From: a virus
Taxonomy: Duplodnaviria > Caudoviricetes
Reading direction: 5' to 3' (one strand)
Length of the DNA stretch: 57,461 nucleotides
Virus record (IMG/VR): IMGVR_UViG_3300012038_000017
Coordinates: 1-57,461 of that record
Within the stretch, counting starts at the first letter, position 1, and each line of letters begins with the position of its first letter. The translations under genes and the position numbers were made by a program. Below the pieces are notes generated by a model. That model was not told the DNA's origin and made no database searches. It worked only from the letters and a program-made list of their open reading frames with translations. This document shows positions 1-9,185 of the stretch, piece by piece.

Positions 1-328
1 TTCGGACATCTGGTTGGTCATCCAACCAAATAAGATAATCAAAATCTACTTCTTCAAGTTTGGTATTCTTCCATTTACCAAATCCCATGACGTGGGAATG
101 ATAAAAACTCCTGGCTTCATCATACGGCATTGGGGTGAAGTTATGCTTCGGTGGTTTACCTACAAATTCTTCTGCAACTCGACGAGTAACTTCACTTTGT
201 TCTTCAGTTGTGAATGGGTACTCGTCGAGTACGTTGTTAATTAATTCGATGCACGCAGTTACAGCTTCACTTTTTTGAATGTTACGTCGAAGCTGCAACT
301 CTTTATCTTCATTATTACAACTTGCCAT
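1..328 (-). CDS. DUF3820-like protein, 5' part (continues at 57389-57461)
   Basis: ATG at 328 with GGAG upstream; MASCNNEDKE...MGFGKWKNTKLEEVDFDYLIWLDDQPD matches the M-x-FGK-x-K...YL-x-W pattern. Absent from the ORF track because it runs off the edge. Confidence 0.7.
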   Translation of the reverse strand, partial: MASCNNEDKELQLRRNIQKSEAVTACIELINNVLDEYPFTTEEQSEVTRRVAEEFVGKPPKHNFTPMPYDEARSFYHSHVMGFGKWKNTKLEEVDFDYLIWLDDQPDVR

Positions 329-515
329 TTGCAATCAATCTCCAATCTTTTTCTAGGCGTTCAGTAAGCTCTACAATTTGCTGCGAATGTTCATAGCAAG
401 GTGTGATATTCCAAACTCTCGGCACTCCAAGTGGACAATCTATTACTGGCCAACTTCCGCTACAACCACATTCGTAGCGAATAATTTTAGCAACGTAGAC
501 AGCTTTCAGCATCAT
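315..515 (-). CDS. hypothetical protein
   Basis: Overlap-coupled to both neighbours; GGAG upstream. Confidence 0.6.
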   Translation of the reverse strand: MMLKAVYVAKIIRYECGCSGSWPVIDCPLGVPRVWNITPCYEHSQQIVELTERLEKDWRLIANGKL

Positions 516-775
516 CTTCTTCTCCCTTGTTCAAGAAATTGAATTGCCTTAATAATATTATCTGCTGCTTCCATTCCATTTTTTATAGAAGTATCATACC
601 CATCTAACTTTTGTTTTGCGTATTCAGGATTAGTAGCAATTTTTTGTACATCAGCACGATTAGTTACTAATGTCCTGATATAAAATTGTTCATTTTTAAA
701 AAGTTTTTGTAGTTGTGAAATGTCATTTATCGCAATATATTGCTGTATGCTATATGTGTGCTGTGGTGTTGTCAT
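512..775 (-). CDS. hypothetical protein
   Basis: Start overlaps the primase-helicase stop; AAGGA upstream. Confidence 0.65.
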   Translation of the reverse strand: MTTPQHTYSIQQYIAINDISQLQKLFKNEQFYIRTLVTNRADVQKIATNPEYAKQKLDGYDTSIKNGMEAADNIIKAIQFLEQGRRR

Positions 776-3609
776 TAGAACTTTTCCTTTAAGTAATCAG
801 GTGGAGGTATATCCAAGTTTAATTCTGCAATGAACTTGATGAATTCGGTGGTCTTGGAGTAGCGATCACCTTTGATTTTTTGAAGTGCATTGCATTGAAT
901 TAACTTTGCAAAAAACGTCGCACCTGTATGAAAATCTCCGCATAAGTCTCGAACAAAATTACTCGATATAACATCCTCTGATCCTAAACGCACGATGATA
1001 GATTTCGCATTCATCATGCCGCGAATGAAATCTTCCAATGATTTCTTATCTCGTAGTAATGTTGACGCTTTCACCGAATTTGCTTTTTCATTTAATTTAA
1101 TTGAAGGTGCAGAATAAATTCGATCAAGATATCTTGCAATATAATCAACGTGACAATTTCTTACTACTAACTTTTCCTCTTTATCTCCTGGTTCGTAGCT
1201 GCAAGTACGTGCTGCTAATGCAGTAGATAATTTTGCAATCTTTAAATGAGCGGCATTCGTATTCAGTATAGGCGGTCCATATCCGTACTTCTCACAAAGT
1301 ACAGATGTTGTCTTTAGGATATGCGGTATATCCTCAAACTCTACCTCAGTACACTTCCACGCTTTTAATACGAGTTGCTCGCATAAAATATCAGTATAAA
1401 CATGTGATATAACTGGTGGTGAAAGACGTGTTTCATCGAGTAACTCGCGATTAATATCGTTCTTACCAATGACAACTACAAAGTCAAATCTTCGTAAATC
1501 TTCATAACGTGAGATTATACCTGATGCTGCATCTATTCCATAGGTATAGCTATCTATTTGTCTACCATCCGCTGCATTACTGAGTGCGATTAATCTAACT
1601 CTTGCTTTCTTTTTCCTATTCTCAATCTTACTTAACTTTATCTCTCCGCTTGATCTAACTTCAGTAAACTTTGTGAATACTGTTTCCGCCATTTGTTTTA
1701 ATTCTTCAAATATGACTAACATTCTGTCATTCTTTGGATAAACACCATATACCGCAAAGTTCTTTTTACCGTGTGAATCAATACCGATTAATAACCCTGC
1801 TGGTGTAGCGTTCTGGCAATCAACTGTCACTCCAAGTGAATAATGATGTTGAATTTGCTTTGTTATTTCAGATTTACCTTCTGAAGTATCACCTACCAGT
1901 AATAACTCCAACCAACCATTACAATATGTTTCGCCTAAATTGAAATGTAATACGCTATGATATACAAGATCAACTGCTATATGAACGTCACGACGTTGAT
2001 ATATGCGTGTAACATTTGCTTCAAAATCAGTGTAGATTTGATTGAGCTTTTCATCTATAGCATCAATTGACCAGTCACGCGGTTTGAATATCGAAAGTTC
2101 TGCACTTGCTGGTGGCAAATAAGAATCGAGAGCATCCCTGGTTTTTTCAATGCTACTAATTAGATAAGATGCTGCTTGCGTCTTTGGTGATGGATGTAAT
2201 CTGCCGATTAATTTATACGTCTCAGGCTCAATTACTGGCGGACCATCAATGATATATCCTACTCGTTGCGTTAATGGTTCAGCGCGTGAAGTTGCTTCTA
2301 TTTCTTCCTCTAACCTTACTTCTGCAACGGAATAACTTTCCTTGGCGGCAAAAGAACAAACTTTACAAGATGGAGGAATACGAAAGCATTCTCTAAATGT
2401 TTTGATATGTTCAGAAGTCCGTTCACCAATAAGAGCCAAGATTGCAGGATTTTCAGGTGCAATCTTCATTATCGTACCGATCATTCCATTTGATTCTTTA
2501 GACAACATCGCAGCACTATTAACATCACAGTGCATACATATTGCTTGTCCACGTGGACATGATACCTCTACTTTCGATGCAGCGAAATAAGTATCATTAT
2601 TCACAGCAGCAACTATTGCACTTATTTCAGTACGCTTACCAACATTTTTTGGATCAAACCCATCACGAAAATATACGGGCATTGGTGTATCATCTAATAG
2701 TTCACCAGCAGGAATCATTACCCATTCTGGAGTTTCGAGCAGTTTTGCGTATAGATCACCTCCAAGCCTCAGAAAATCGTTCAAATCACCCTTTTCTAAT
2801 AAACCTACTTCTTCTGACGTAAATGTAACCTTGTGAATCTCCCTCGCAACTGGTTTTAGTAGCCTACATCTTATCTCAGCGAATCTCTTACCTGTTTCGT
2901 CAACATCACAATTAATCCAAACTAACTTATTTTCAAATCTCCAACTCTGTTCGATTGGCCACATATTTTCTCCGCACGTAGGAGCAACAGCGCCAATATC
3001 ATATTTATTCAAGATAGCAGCAGCGGCATACGCTTTTAATTCGCCACCACATATTAATATCTGATCGTATTCAATCTGCTCGATAGGTGTGAATCGAATT
3101 TTCTGCTTATCTTTTTGTGCAAGATTAAGGAATTTGAATTCCTTAGCGCCTGGTAGATATAGGCGCATATTAGCATAATCACCAACATCATTTACGATTG
3201 GGATTGCTATTCTTTTTTGAACACCAGTATCATAAATACCTAAACGATATTTACGAATTATTGCTTCTGTTATGCAACGATGATGCAATTCATGTAGAAA
3301 AGTTGGATGCTTCCAAATCTCTTGATGTAATCGTTCTACTTCACTAGGTGCAACCGGATTCTTACAATCTGATTTTATATTGAACTTTTGATTGATTTGA
3401 TAGAGCGATAGATTGCTATACTTGATTAAGTAACTTTTGAATGACGCATTCTTATTACATACAAAACAATGGAATGCCCCTGTTTTATGATGGACTCCAG
3501 CACTTGCTACTTGATCGTCATGGTACGGACATTTTACTTTAAACCACTCAACACTTTTTTCATGTTTAATTCCGAATTCTAGCAATACAGATAAAATATC
3601 TGTTTGCAT
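775..3609 (-). CDS. DNA primase-helicase: CHC2 zinc finger + Toprim + MCM-like AAA+ helicase
   Basis: CPYHDD...CFVC zinc finger; Toprim DVD; second Zn motif CMHC...CKVC; Walker A LLVGDTSEGKS; Walker B IFEELKQM; Arg finger RRFD. Start moved to ATG 3609 (GGAGG RBS). Confidence 0.88.
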   Translation of the reverse strand: MQTDILSVLLEFGIKHEKSVEWFKVKCPYHDDQVASAGVHHKTGAFHCFVCNKNASFKSYLIKYSNLSLYQINQKFNIKSDCKNPVAPSEVERLHQEIWKHPTFLHELHHRCITEAIIRKYRLGIYDTGVQKRIAIPIVNDVGDYANMRLYLPGAKEFKFLNLAQKDKQKIRFTPIEQIEYDQILICGGELKAYAAAAILNKYDIGAVAPTCGENMWPIEQSWRFENKLVWINCDVDETGKRFAEIRCRLLKPVAREIHKVTFTSEEVGLLEKGDLNDFLRLGGDLYAKLLETPEWVMIPAGELLDDTPMPVYFRDGFDPKNVGKRTEISAIVAAVNNDTYFAASKVEVSCPRGQAICMHCDVNSAAMLSKESNGMIGTIMKIAPENPAILALIGERTSEHIKTFRECFRIPPSCKVCSFAAKESYSVAEVRLEEEIEATSRAEPLTQRVGYIIDGPPVIEPETYKLIGRLHPSPKTQAASYLISSIEKTRDALDSYLPPASAELSIFKPRDWSIDAIDEKLNQIYTDFEANVTRIYQRRDVHIAVDLVYHSVLHFNLGETYCNGWLELLLVGDTSEGKSEITKQIQHHYSLGVTVDCQNATPAGLLIGIDSHGKKNFAVYGVYPKNDRMLVIFEELKQMAETVFTKFTEVRSSGEIKLSKIENRKKKARVRLIALSNAADGRQIDSYTYGIDAASGIISRYEDLRRFDFVVVIGKNDINRELLDETRLSPPVISHVYTDILCEQLVLKAWKCTEVEFEDIPHILKTTSVLCEKYGYGPPILNTNAAHLKIAKLSTALAARTCSYEPGDKEEKLVVRNCHVDYIARYLDRIYSAPSIKLNEKANSVKASTLLRDKKSLEDFIRGMMNAKSIIVRLGSEDVISSNFVRDLCGDFHTGATFFAKLIQCNALQKIKGDRYSKTTEFIKFIAELNLDIPPPDYLKEKF

Positions 3610-3649
3610 TTTATGCCTCCTGCCGTATTTAATACGGTTGCATTTGCGC

Positions 3650-3680
3650 AAGAAAAGAAGCGGGGTGGTTGTCCCCCGCT
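3650..3680 (-). terminator. intrinsic terminator/attenuator between SSB-like and primase genes
   Basis: AGCGGGG/CCCCGCT stem followed by TCTTTTCTT on the minus strand. Confidence 0.6.
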
Positions 3681-3693
3681 ATTGAGAACAAAG

Positions 3694-4479
3694 CTAGAAT
3701 TTAGTTTCTTGCGATGCAGGCGCGGCACCGTCATCTAAATCATTTTCATCAAGATCAAGTTCCATTTGTTTGGAATCAATGATTTCTTGTAAGCCTCTGC
3801 TCATTTCAGCATAAAGTTTATATTGAGTTTCCTCAAGATATGGAATTGGATCATTAAAGAAATCCATTCCAATCCATCTTCGAGTTCCCTTTCCCTTTCG
3901 CGGAGATGATGTTGTTCGCCAACGACAAGGAATAATACTTTTTGTCGCGCGAGCTTGCCAAAGATCAATTAAAGATTGACCATCACGAAATGTACCACCA
4001 CGAAATACCGTTGCAACTGGTCGCATTGCAAGTTCAGGTATATCGCAAAATACAAATAAGAAGTTGAGAAATTCTCGATACTTAATATCGAGTTTTGGTT
4101 CTTCTGGACAAGGTTCATCAACATACTTCATCGCTTTTTGAGCGATTTCAGATTTTGGATCATAAGACATATCACGAATGAATCGCAAGTCCGGTTTATC
4201 TGCCGGGTTCATGCACGCATAGAAGCGAAAGAAATTCGTGACAATGAATGATGCTGGTTGTTCAGAATCAGCGATTAATCGCATATCTGGAACAATAACA
4301 ATATCGCCATCTTTGAACTGTGGTTTGAATTTGTCTCCCGTAGTTCCTTGAATAATCTTCAATCGCGGTGGACGAGCATATCGTTTTAAATCCTGCTCAA
4401 ATGATTGTGCTTTGATTTCTGCCAAATAAGAAGGAACTTGTTGCGGAACAGAAACGCCTGTTTTTGGAGATTCACTCAT
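3694..4479 (-). CDS. putative single-stranded DNA-binding protein
   Basis: PRLKIIQ N-terminal motif, acidic tail ending in Phe (DLDENDLDD...ETKF), located in the replication module. Confidence 0.55.
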   Translation of the reverse strand: MSESPKTGVSVPQQVPSYLAEIKAQSFEQDLKRYARPPRLKIIQGTTGDKFKPQFKDGDIVIVPDMRLIADSEQPASFIVTNFFRFYACMNPADKPDLRFIRDMSYDPKSEIAQKAMKYVDEPCPEEPKLDIKYREFLNFLFVFCDIPELAMRPVATVFRGGTFRDGQSLIDLWQARATKSIIPCRWRTTSSPRKGKGTRRWIGMDFFNDPIPYLEETQYKLYAEMSRGLQEIIDSKQMELDLDENDLDDGAAPASQETKF

Positions 4480-4663
4480 GGTTACGACAGACTCCTAATT
4501 TAAAGTATTTAAAAGAATCATCACGACCAGCAAAAACAGCATCAAAAGGATAACCGTTTTTTAATTCAGTCCATTCTTGTTCTGCAAGAATTAATGTCAC
4601 TGTCTTATTACATGCTTTGCATTGATATGTTATTTCAATATTCCCATCACTGGCCAGCTTCAC
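4472..4663 (-). CDS. small Zn-ribbon hypothetical protein
   Basis: CKAC motif; tiles between neighbours. Confidence 0.5.
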   Translation of the reverse strand: MKLASDGNIEITYQCKACNKTVTLILAEQEWTELKNGYPFDAVFAGRDDSFKYFKLGVCRNHE

Positions 4664-5096
4664 CGATAACTGGCGTAAGCTCCATAGGAAGATTGGATTG
4701 CCTCCTTTCTTGTAGCCTTGTACTTTCTAATTGAATTAATGAATAGAATAGCTTCTTTGCACCAATACCAACTTTGTCGAATTTAATTGGTAATGCGGGA
4801 ATGCTATTTTCAATCACCCATTCCGTTTCAGTCAAGAATCGCACTATCCAAACCTTCACTCCATGCTCTAAGAATCGTCTGTGAATGATAGTTTGGATTG
4901 TTCTAGTTTCTGTTTCTGGATTCTTAAATTCAATCCAGATATGGACATCTTTATAAAGGACAAGAGCATCAGGTAATCCTGGTTGTTGCATTTTATTGCC
5001 AACCATGCTAATTGCGAAGCAATTAAATTCTTTCCTCCATCGTGAAAGAATATCAGACTTTCTTTTTGTCTCACGCATCATGTCATCATTGGCCAT
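4647..5096 (-). CDS. VRR-NUC (PD-(D/E)xK) nuclease
   Basis: PGLPD...WIEFK...Q motif; start at ATG 5096 after AAAGGA. Confidence 0.82.
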   Translation of the reverse strand: MANDDMMRETKRKSDILSRWRKEFNCFAISMVGNKMQQPGLPDALVLYKDVHIWIEFKNPETETRTIQTIIHRRFLEHGVKVWIVRFLTETEWVIENSIPALPIKFDKVGIGAKKLFYSLIQLESTRLQERRQSNLPMELTPVIGEAGQ

Positions 5097-5097
5097 A

Positions 5098-5409
5098 TTA
5101 GTTCCTTTCTGGAGTTTTAAGAATGTCATCGTACTTTTCGTTAGCTTTATCTTTTATCTCAATTATCTTTTGAAGCGCAAATAACGCATTTTGAAGATGA
5201 GGATGTGAAGGGCTATCCTTCTTGCTCGACATTGCTGAAATAGCAATTACCGTATCAGCAACAAAATAAGGTACGCCCGAACGATAAATTTGAACGAGAA
5301 AGTTGAGTCCGTTCATTAGGCGAACTTTATCTTCATCAGACATCTTCGCCATTGCATCGTTCATTAAATTCAAACCTTCATCGGCCGCTAATTGTTTAAT
5401 GTCTTTCAT
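5098..5409 (-). CDS. hypothetical protein
   Basis: Tiled ORF with AAGGA RBS. Confidence 0.65.
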   Translation of the reverse strand: MKDIKQLAADEGLNLMNDAMAKMSDEDKVRLMNGLNFLVQIYRSGVPYFVADTVIAISAMSSKKDSPSHPHLQNALFALQKIIEIKDKANEKYDDILKTPERN

Positions 5410-5413
5410 GTGA

Positions 5414-5938
5414 TTATAAATCCTTCTTCATGGTTACTCTAAGTTTTTGAGTCGAATTGATTTTACCAGTTAGTCCCCACGGAACTTGCTTCGCTTCTGA
5501 CATCGCATCATAAATCCTTTCAACAATTGTTGGGTAATGAGGACGAACTTCATCAGGTTGCAACTGTTTCACAAATTCTTCATATCCTTCTTTTCCTGGC
5601 GCATTAGGAAATTCGACGTAGAAAGAAGGATTAGGTGAAATAGTGCAATACTCACCTGGGTAATTCTTCATATTTGCTGAGGCAAGAGTAAGCGACGCAT
5701 ACTTTGCCGCGTGCGATTCGAGTTCATTTAATTTCTTTTCAATTTGTTCAAGAATCTCTTTTCCCTTTCTACAAACAAAAGTCAGGTTTGATAGATGTGC
5801 AAGATTAGTTGAGTTAGTAACTATCTTCTCATCAATCTTACCTAAAATTGGAATTAATTCAAGTAAGCCTTTAAGCTCGTTAGCTAAAATTTGATGTTCA
5901 CGATCAAGGGGCATTGTCTTTTGATACGTTAGTACCAC
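5414..5938 (-). CDS. hypothetical coiled-coil protein
   Basis: 174-aa tiled ORF; start may be ATG 5914. Confidence 0.65.
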   Translation of the reverse strand: MVLTYQKTMPLDREHQILANELKGLLELIPILGKIDEKIVTNSTNLAHLSNLTFVCRKGKEILEQIEKKLNELESHAAKYASLTLASANMKNYPGEYCTISPNPSFYVEFPNAPGKEGYEEFVKQLQPDEVRPHYPTIVERIYDAMSEAKQVPWGLTGKINSTQKLRVTMKKDL

Positions 5939-6327
5939 TCCAATTTTGTTTCACTAATAAATTTCTTAGACACTTGTAATAACGAAAATAGAGTTACGAT
6001 CCAGTAATCTTCCTTTATACAATAAAGAGCACGTCCCATTAATGTTTTTAATCCGTTTGGTTCACCATCAATAAGTTCACCTGTTGCAAGCACCATACCT
6101 TTCGTTAATTCAAATTCAGGTTCATCAAATTTAACAAATAAGATAACTTCTCTAAAAGCAAGAAGTGCATCCTCACCAAAAATAATGTTAGAGTGCTGAA
6201 AATGCTTCAAGCACTTTTCACAAATAAGTTCTGGTCCATCACAAGCATCAATCCAGAATGGCGACCAAACTGCATTATGCCGACTTGCATTCTCATTCAT
6301 ACAACAATTGCAATACGCTGTATTCAT
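5929..6327 (-). CDS. hypothetical Cys-containing protein
   Basis: CNCC...CEKC; GAGGTG RBS. Confidence 0.6.
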   Translation of the reverse strand: MNTAYCNCCMNENASRHNAVWSPFWIDACDGPELICEKCLKHFQHSNIIFGEDALLAFREVILFVKFDEPEFELTKGMVLATGELIDGEPNGLKTLMGRALYCIKEDYWIVTLFSLLQVSKKFISETKLEWY

Positions 6328-6336
6328 TTTAACGGT

Positions 6337-7227
6337 TCACCTCACCTTTTGATACGGGGCGCACCAATGTTCGATATTTTCTACATTCTTTTGAATTACA
6401 CGAAATTCAACTTTACAATCTTTGCATCGTATTAGATACTTTGGAGAATAGGATTTTGGATCTTCATCCCAATAAGCCGCTAAAACTTCATATGGCCCAA
6501 CATTAGTTCCTATCACTAGTGACGGAACTGGTTTTTTAATTTTGTCTTTATACCGGCGATAATCCATTCGTGAAACATTTAAAGCTTTTGCCATTGCACG
6601 ATCTGAATATTCAGATTTATCTGAGCCTGTTCGTAAACCATTTGTATTCCTTTTCTTATCAGGATAATAATCACCAAGATCACATTTAGCACATCGTTTT
6701 TCATTTAATCCAATAAAGAAAAACAAAGCTTTTTGAACACTGACTGTTACTTGTGTACGACATCGAACACAAATAATATAGCGATTATACCAGATGCGAC
6801 TTTTACCAAATGCTTCTGGATTATGAGGTACAGCTATACCTAATTCAAATTCTCCAAATTCTCCTTTAAATCTAGTTCCTGGAAATAGTGTTATCGTCCT
6901 GTACGTTCCATTTGAAATGAATGCCGCATACGTGCGTGGAAAGTTACGCATCATCTCAATAATAGAATCTTCGTGAATGCTCTCCACGTCAATCTTTTTA
7001 CTTTGAAGATACTTTTTGAACATCCATAGAATATTCTCTTTCTTATATGACATTTCATAAACATAATTTGGATCGTCGCATACCGGACAAAATCCAAATC
7101 TTTTCTCTACTCCTACTTCATCCGGTCCAATTGAACCTAATGAAGTTGCACCTAATCCGGCATCTATTAGGCCATCATCGTAAGTGAAATACTTATTACA
7201 GTATCGACACTTCTTCTCTTTCAACAT
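6337..7227 (-). CDS. multi-Zn-ribbon protein
   Basis: Five CxxC pairs; C-terminal GTNVGPYEVL...RCKDC resembles the N-terminal DNA-binding modules of phage HNH proteins. Confidence 0.6.
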   Translation of the reverse strand: MLKEKKCRYCNKYFTYDDGLIDAGLGATSLGSIGPDEVGVEKRFGFCPVCDDPNYVYEMSYKKENILWMFKKYLQSKKIDVESIHEDSIIEMMRNFPRTYAAFISNGTYRTITLFPGTRFKGEFGEFELGIAVPHNPEAFGKSRIWYNRYIICVRCRTQVTVSVQKALFFFIGLNEKRCAKCDLGDYYPDKKRNTNGLRTGSDKSEYSDRAMAKALNVSRMDYRRYKDKIKKPVPSLVIGTNVGPYEVLAAYWDEDPKSYSPKYLIRCKDCKVEFRVIQKNVENIEHWCAPYQKVR

Positions 7228-7568
7228 TACCGTTTTACCCCCGCTCGAATCTTCACGAATACGAAATCACCGAATGGTTCAATCTCATATTCGTATAATG
7301 ATTCTGTAAACACTTCATCGTGTTCAAGTTCAAATAGGAAAGCATTACATTCGGCAGTTACCCAAAAGCGTCGAATATTAAATGGTAGACGTGGATAGCC
7401 GCCATCATAAGGTCCACCATGTATCTTTGCATAGAAACGATGTTTTTCATAGCGACGTGGATGCCTTTTGATTATCTCATCTGAGATAAACTTATCACAG
7501 TTTATACAAATGAAACCACTTGGTGAAGCAGTTACACGACGCCAGAAACACTTCCCTACTTTACACAT
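7227..7568 (-). CDS. hypothetical protein
   Basis: Start moved to ATG 7568 (AAGGAG RBS) to avoid overlapping csrA; CINC and HGGPYDG motifs. Confidence 0.6.
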   Translation of the reverse strand: MCKVGKCFWRRVTASPSGFICINCDKFISDEIIKRHPRRYEKHRFYAKIHGGPYDGGYPRLPFNIRRFWVTAECNAFLFELEHDEVFTESLYEYEIEPFGDFVFVKIRAGVKR

Positions 7569-7572
7569 GACA

Positions 7573-7767
7573 CTACTCCTTTTCGTTTTGAATTTCTTCT
7601 TGAATTTCTTCCTGAATACGACGTGTAATTTCTTCACGGTGAACAGATACTCCGCGTGGAGCATTAATTCCAATTCTTACTCGGTCGCCACGAATCTCAC
7701 ATATTGTGAGAATAACATCGTTGCCGATCATAATACGTTGACCTTGCTTGCGTGCTAATACTAACAT
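7573..7767 (-). CDS. csrA: carbon storage regulator CsrA/RsmA
   Basis: [46 protein letters not shown] is a canonical CsrA sequence; AAGGAG RBS. Confidence 0.95.
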   Translation of the reverse strand: MLVLARKQGQRIMIGNDVILTICEIRGDRVRIGINAPRGVSVHREEITRRIQEEIQEEIQNEKE

Positions 7768-7795
7768 TCTTGCTCTCCTTGCTTTTGAATTTTCA

Positions 7796-8017
7796 CTATG
7801 CAAAACGCATACTTGGACCACCATTAAATTCAACTACAATTGGTTTTCTCAATACTTCAAAATGTCGTTTAATTCCTCCTTTCTCTGGATAAGTATGCTT
7901 AAGAACAATTCCTAAATCAGTATCAAGCATTTCAATATGAAAATGCTCATTACCGTCCCCGTCAATGATGTGCGCGCTATTCAATCGTGGCTCATCGTGT
8001 TCCCAATCGTATATCAT
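7796..8017 (-). CDS. hypothetical protein
   Basis: AAGGAG RBS, ATGA overlap with the upstream gene. Confidence 0.6.
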   Translation of the reverse strand: MIYDWEHDEPRLNSAHIIDGDGNEHFHIEMLDTDLGIVLKHTYPEKGGIKRHFEVLRKPIVVEFNGGPSMRFA

Positions 8018-8283
8018 TTGATTTCTCCTTTCGTTTCAGTTTTCAAGAGTTGTTCTTGTTTGAAAATTTCTTCATTCAACTCGTCTAAAATGATCTTTGA
8101 CATTTCTGCTGCTAATGCTCCAGCTTGATTATCACGGTCATAGAGATTCAGCAGTATGTCAATGAATTGTCTGTTTCTTCGTAGGCAATCAAGCCTTTTT
8201 TCTACTGGTAGAGTAGGATCAATTGGCGTTTTAACTGGTGAAATTACATTTAGCCGTTTGGCTAGTGCATCAAATCGTATCAT
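8014..8283 (-). CDS. hypothetical protein
   Basis: AGGA RBS; tiled. Confidence 0.6.
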   Translation of the reverse strand: MIRFDALAKRLNVISPVKTPIDPTLPVEKRLDCLRRNRQFIDILLNLYDRDNQAGALAAEMSKIILDELNEEIFKQEQLLKTETKGEIK

Positions 8284-8291
8284 CTTTTATC

Positions 8292-8579
8292 CTACTTCTC
8301 TAAATCAATCAGCATATAGAACACGTAATTCATTGTCAACTTTTTGTACAAGCTCATCGGATGATATTGTTCAATGATGAAGTATCCAACGTACTTCTCA
8401 TCGACAACCAACCACTCTTTTTCAATATCATTCTCAAATGTTACGAATTTGATTCTATCTTTCCAAAGATTCGGGTCATCTTCTTTAATGATGTTCTTCA
8501 GAATCTTCTCTTTTAGCTCAGCGCATGCTTTAGCAAATTCAGCACACTTTTCTTCAATATACTTACTAACGTCCATCAT
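8292..8579 (-). CDS. hypothetical protein
   Basis: GGAG RBS; tiled. Confidence 0.6.
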   Translation of the reverse strand: MMDVSKYIEEKCAEFAKACAELKEKILKNIIKEDDPNLWKDRIKFVTFENDIEKEWLVVDEKYVGYFIIEQYHPMSLYKKLTMNYVFYMLIDLEK

Positions 8580-8603
8580 TCATTCTCCGTTTTGGAAATA
8601 AAA

Positions 8604-8672
8604 CTCGTTATCGCTACTCTACGCGAACTAGCGCGCTTCAAACGCTGAACATCGTAGAGCAGCAATAAAGGG
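8604..8672 (-). ncRNA. long intergenic RNA stem (possible RNase III site)
   Basis: UUAUUGCUGCUCUACG/CGUAGAGUAGCGAUAA forms 16 bp that is fully paired only on the minus strand (G-U pairs). Confidence 0.55.
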
Positions 8673-8702
8673 TATTACTTCATTTTATCACACTCCTTTC
8701 TT

Positions 8703-9167
8703 TCAAACATTCTTCTCCACGAGGTAATTATGCAAATTCATCAACGCACCAATGTACTGTTTCCGGTTATCTTTCGTTTCATCGTGTCGATCAGCTAATT
8801 GACGAAATGGAGGAACAATATCATCTTCCAAATCATCACGATAAACACTATAAAGTAAACGATGTGCTTCACGAACGCCACCACAACGTAGCGAATTGAT
8901 TGCACATAATCGTTTACTTGTACCCGGATGCAATTTGTCGAGTTTGACGATATTCAAATCATCATCTTCAAATTCAAAATCTTTGTGATCGAACTCTTTG
9001 AGAATTGCAGCCCCGGCGAGACAGCAATAACAAACATCTTCACTTGGTTTATAAACCCAAGCGCTCATATTGATGCAGATGTTGGGTTCGTCCAAAATCT
9101 TTTCGAAATCAGATATAGCCAATAAGAGAAGATCATGGAGAGTTTTGCATTCTAATAGTCGGTTCAT
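8703..9167 (-). CDS. hypothetical protein, paralog of 9186-9665
   Basis: Shares NRLxExxTLHxLLxxAIxDFE, CxxCLAGA and AIxxLRxGGV with its neighbour. Confidence 0.75.
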   Translation of the reverse strand: MNRLLECKTLHDLLLLAISDFEKILDEPNICINMSAWVYKPSEDVCYCCLAGAAILKEFDHKDFEFEDDDLNIVKLDKLHPGTSKRLCAINSLRCGGVREAHRLLYSVYRDDLEDDIVPPFRQLADRHDETKDNRKQYIGALMNLHNYLVEKNV

Positions 9168-9185
9168 AACTACTGTCCTTCCTTT

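Noticed and set aside
259-312. Apparent frameshift at an A6 run after ATG 312
   Set aside because: ATG 328 opens the long frame without any shift.
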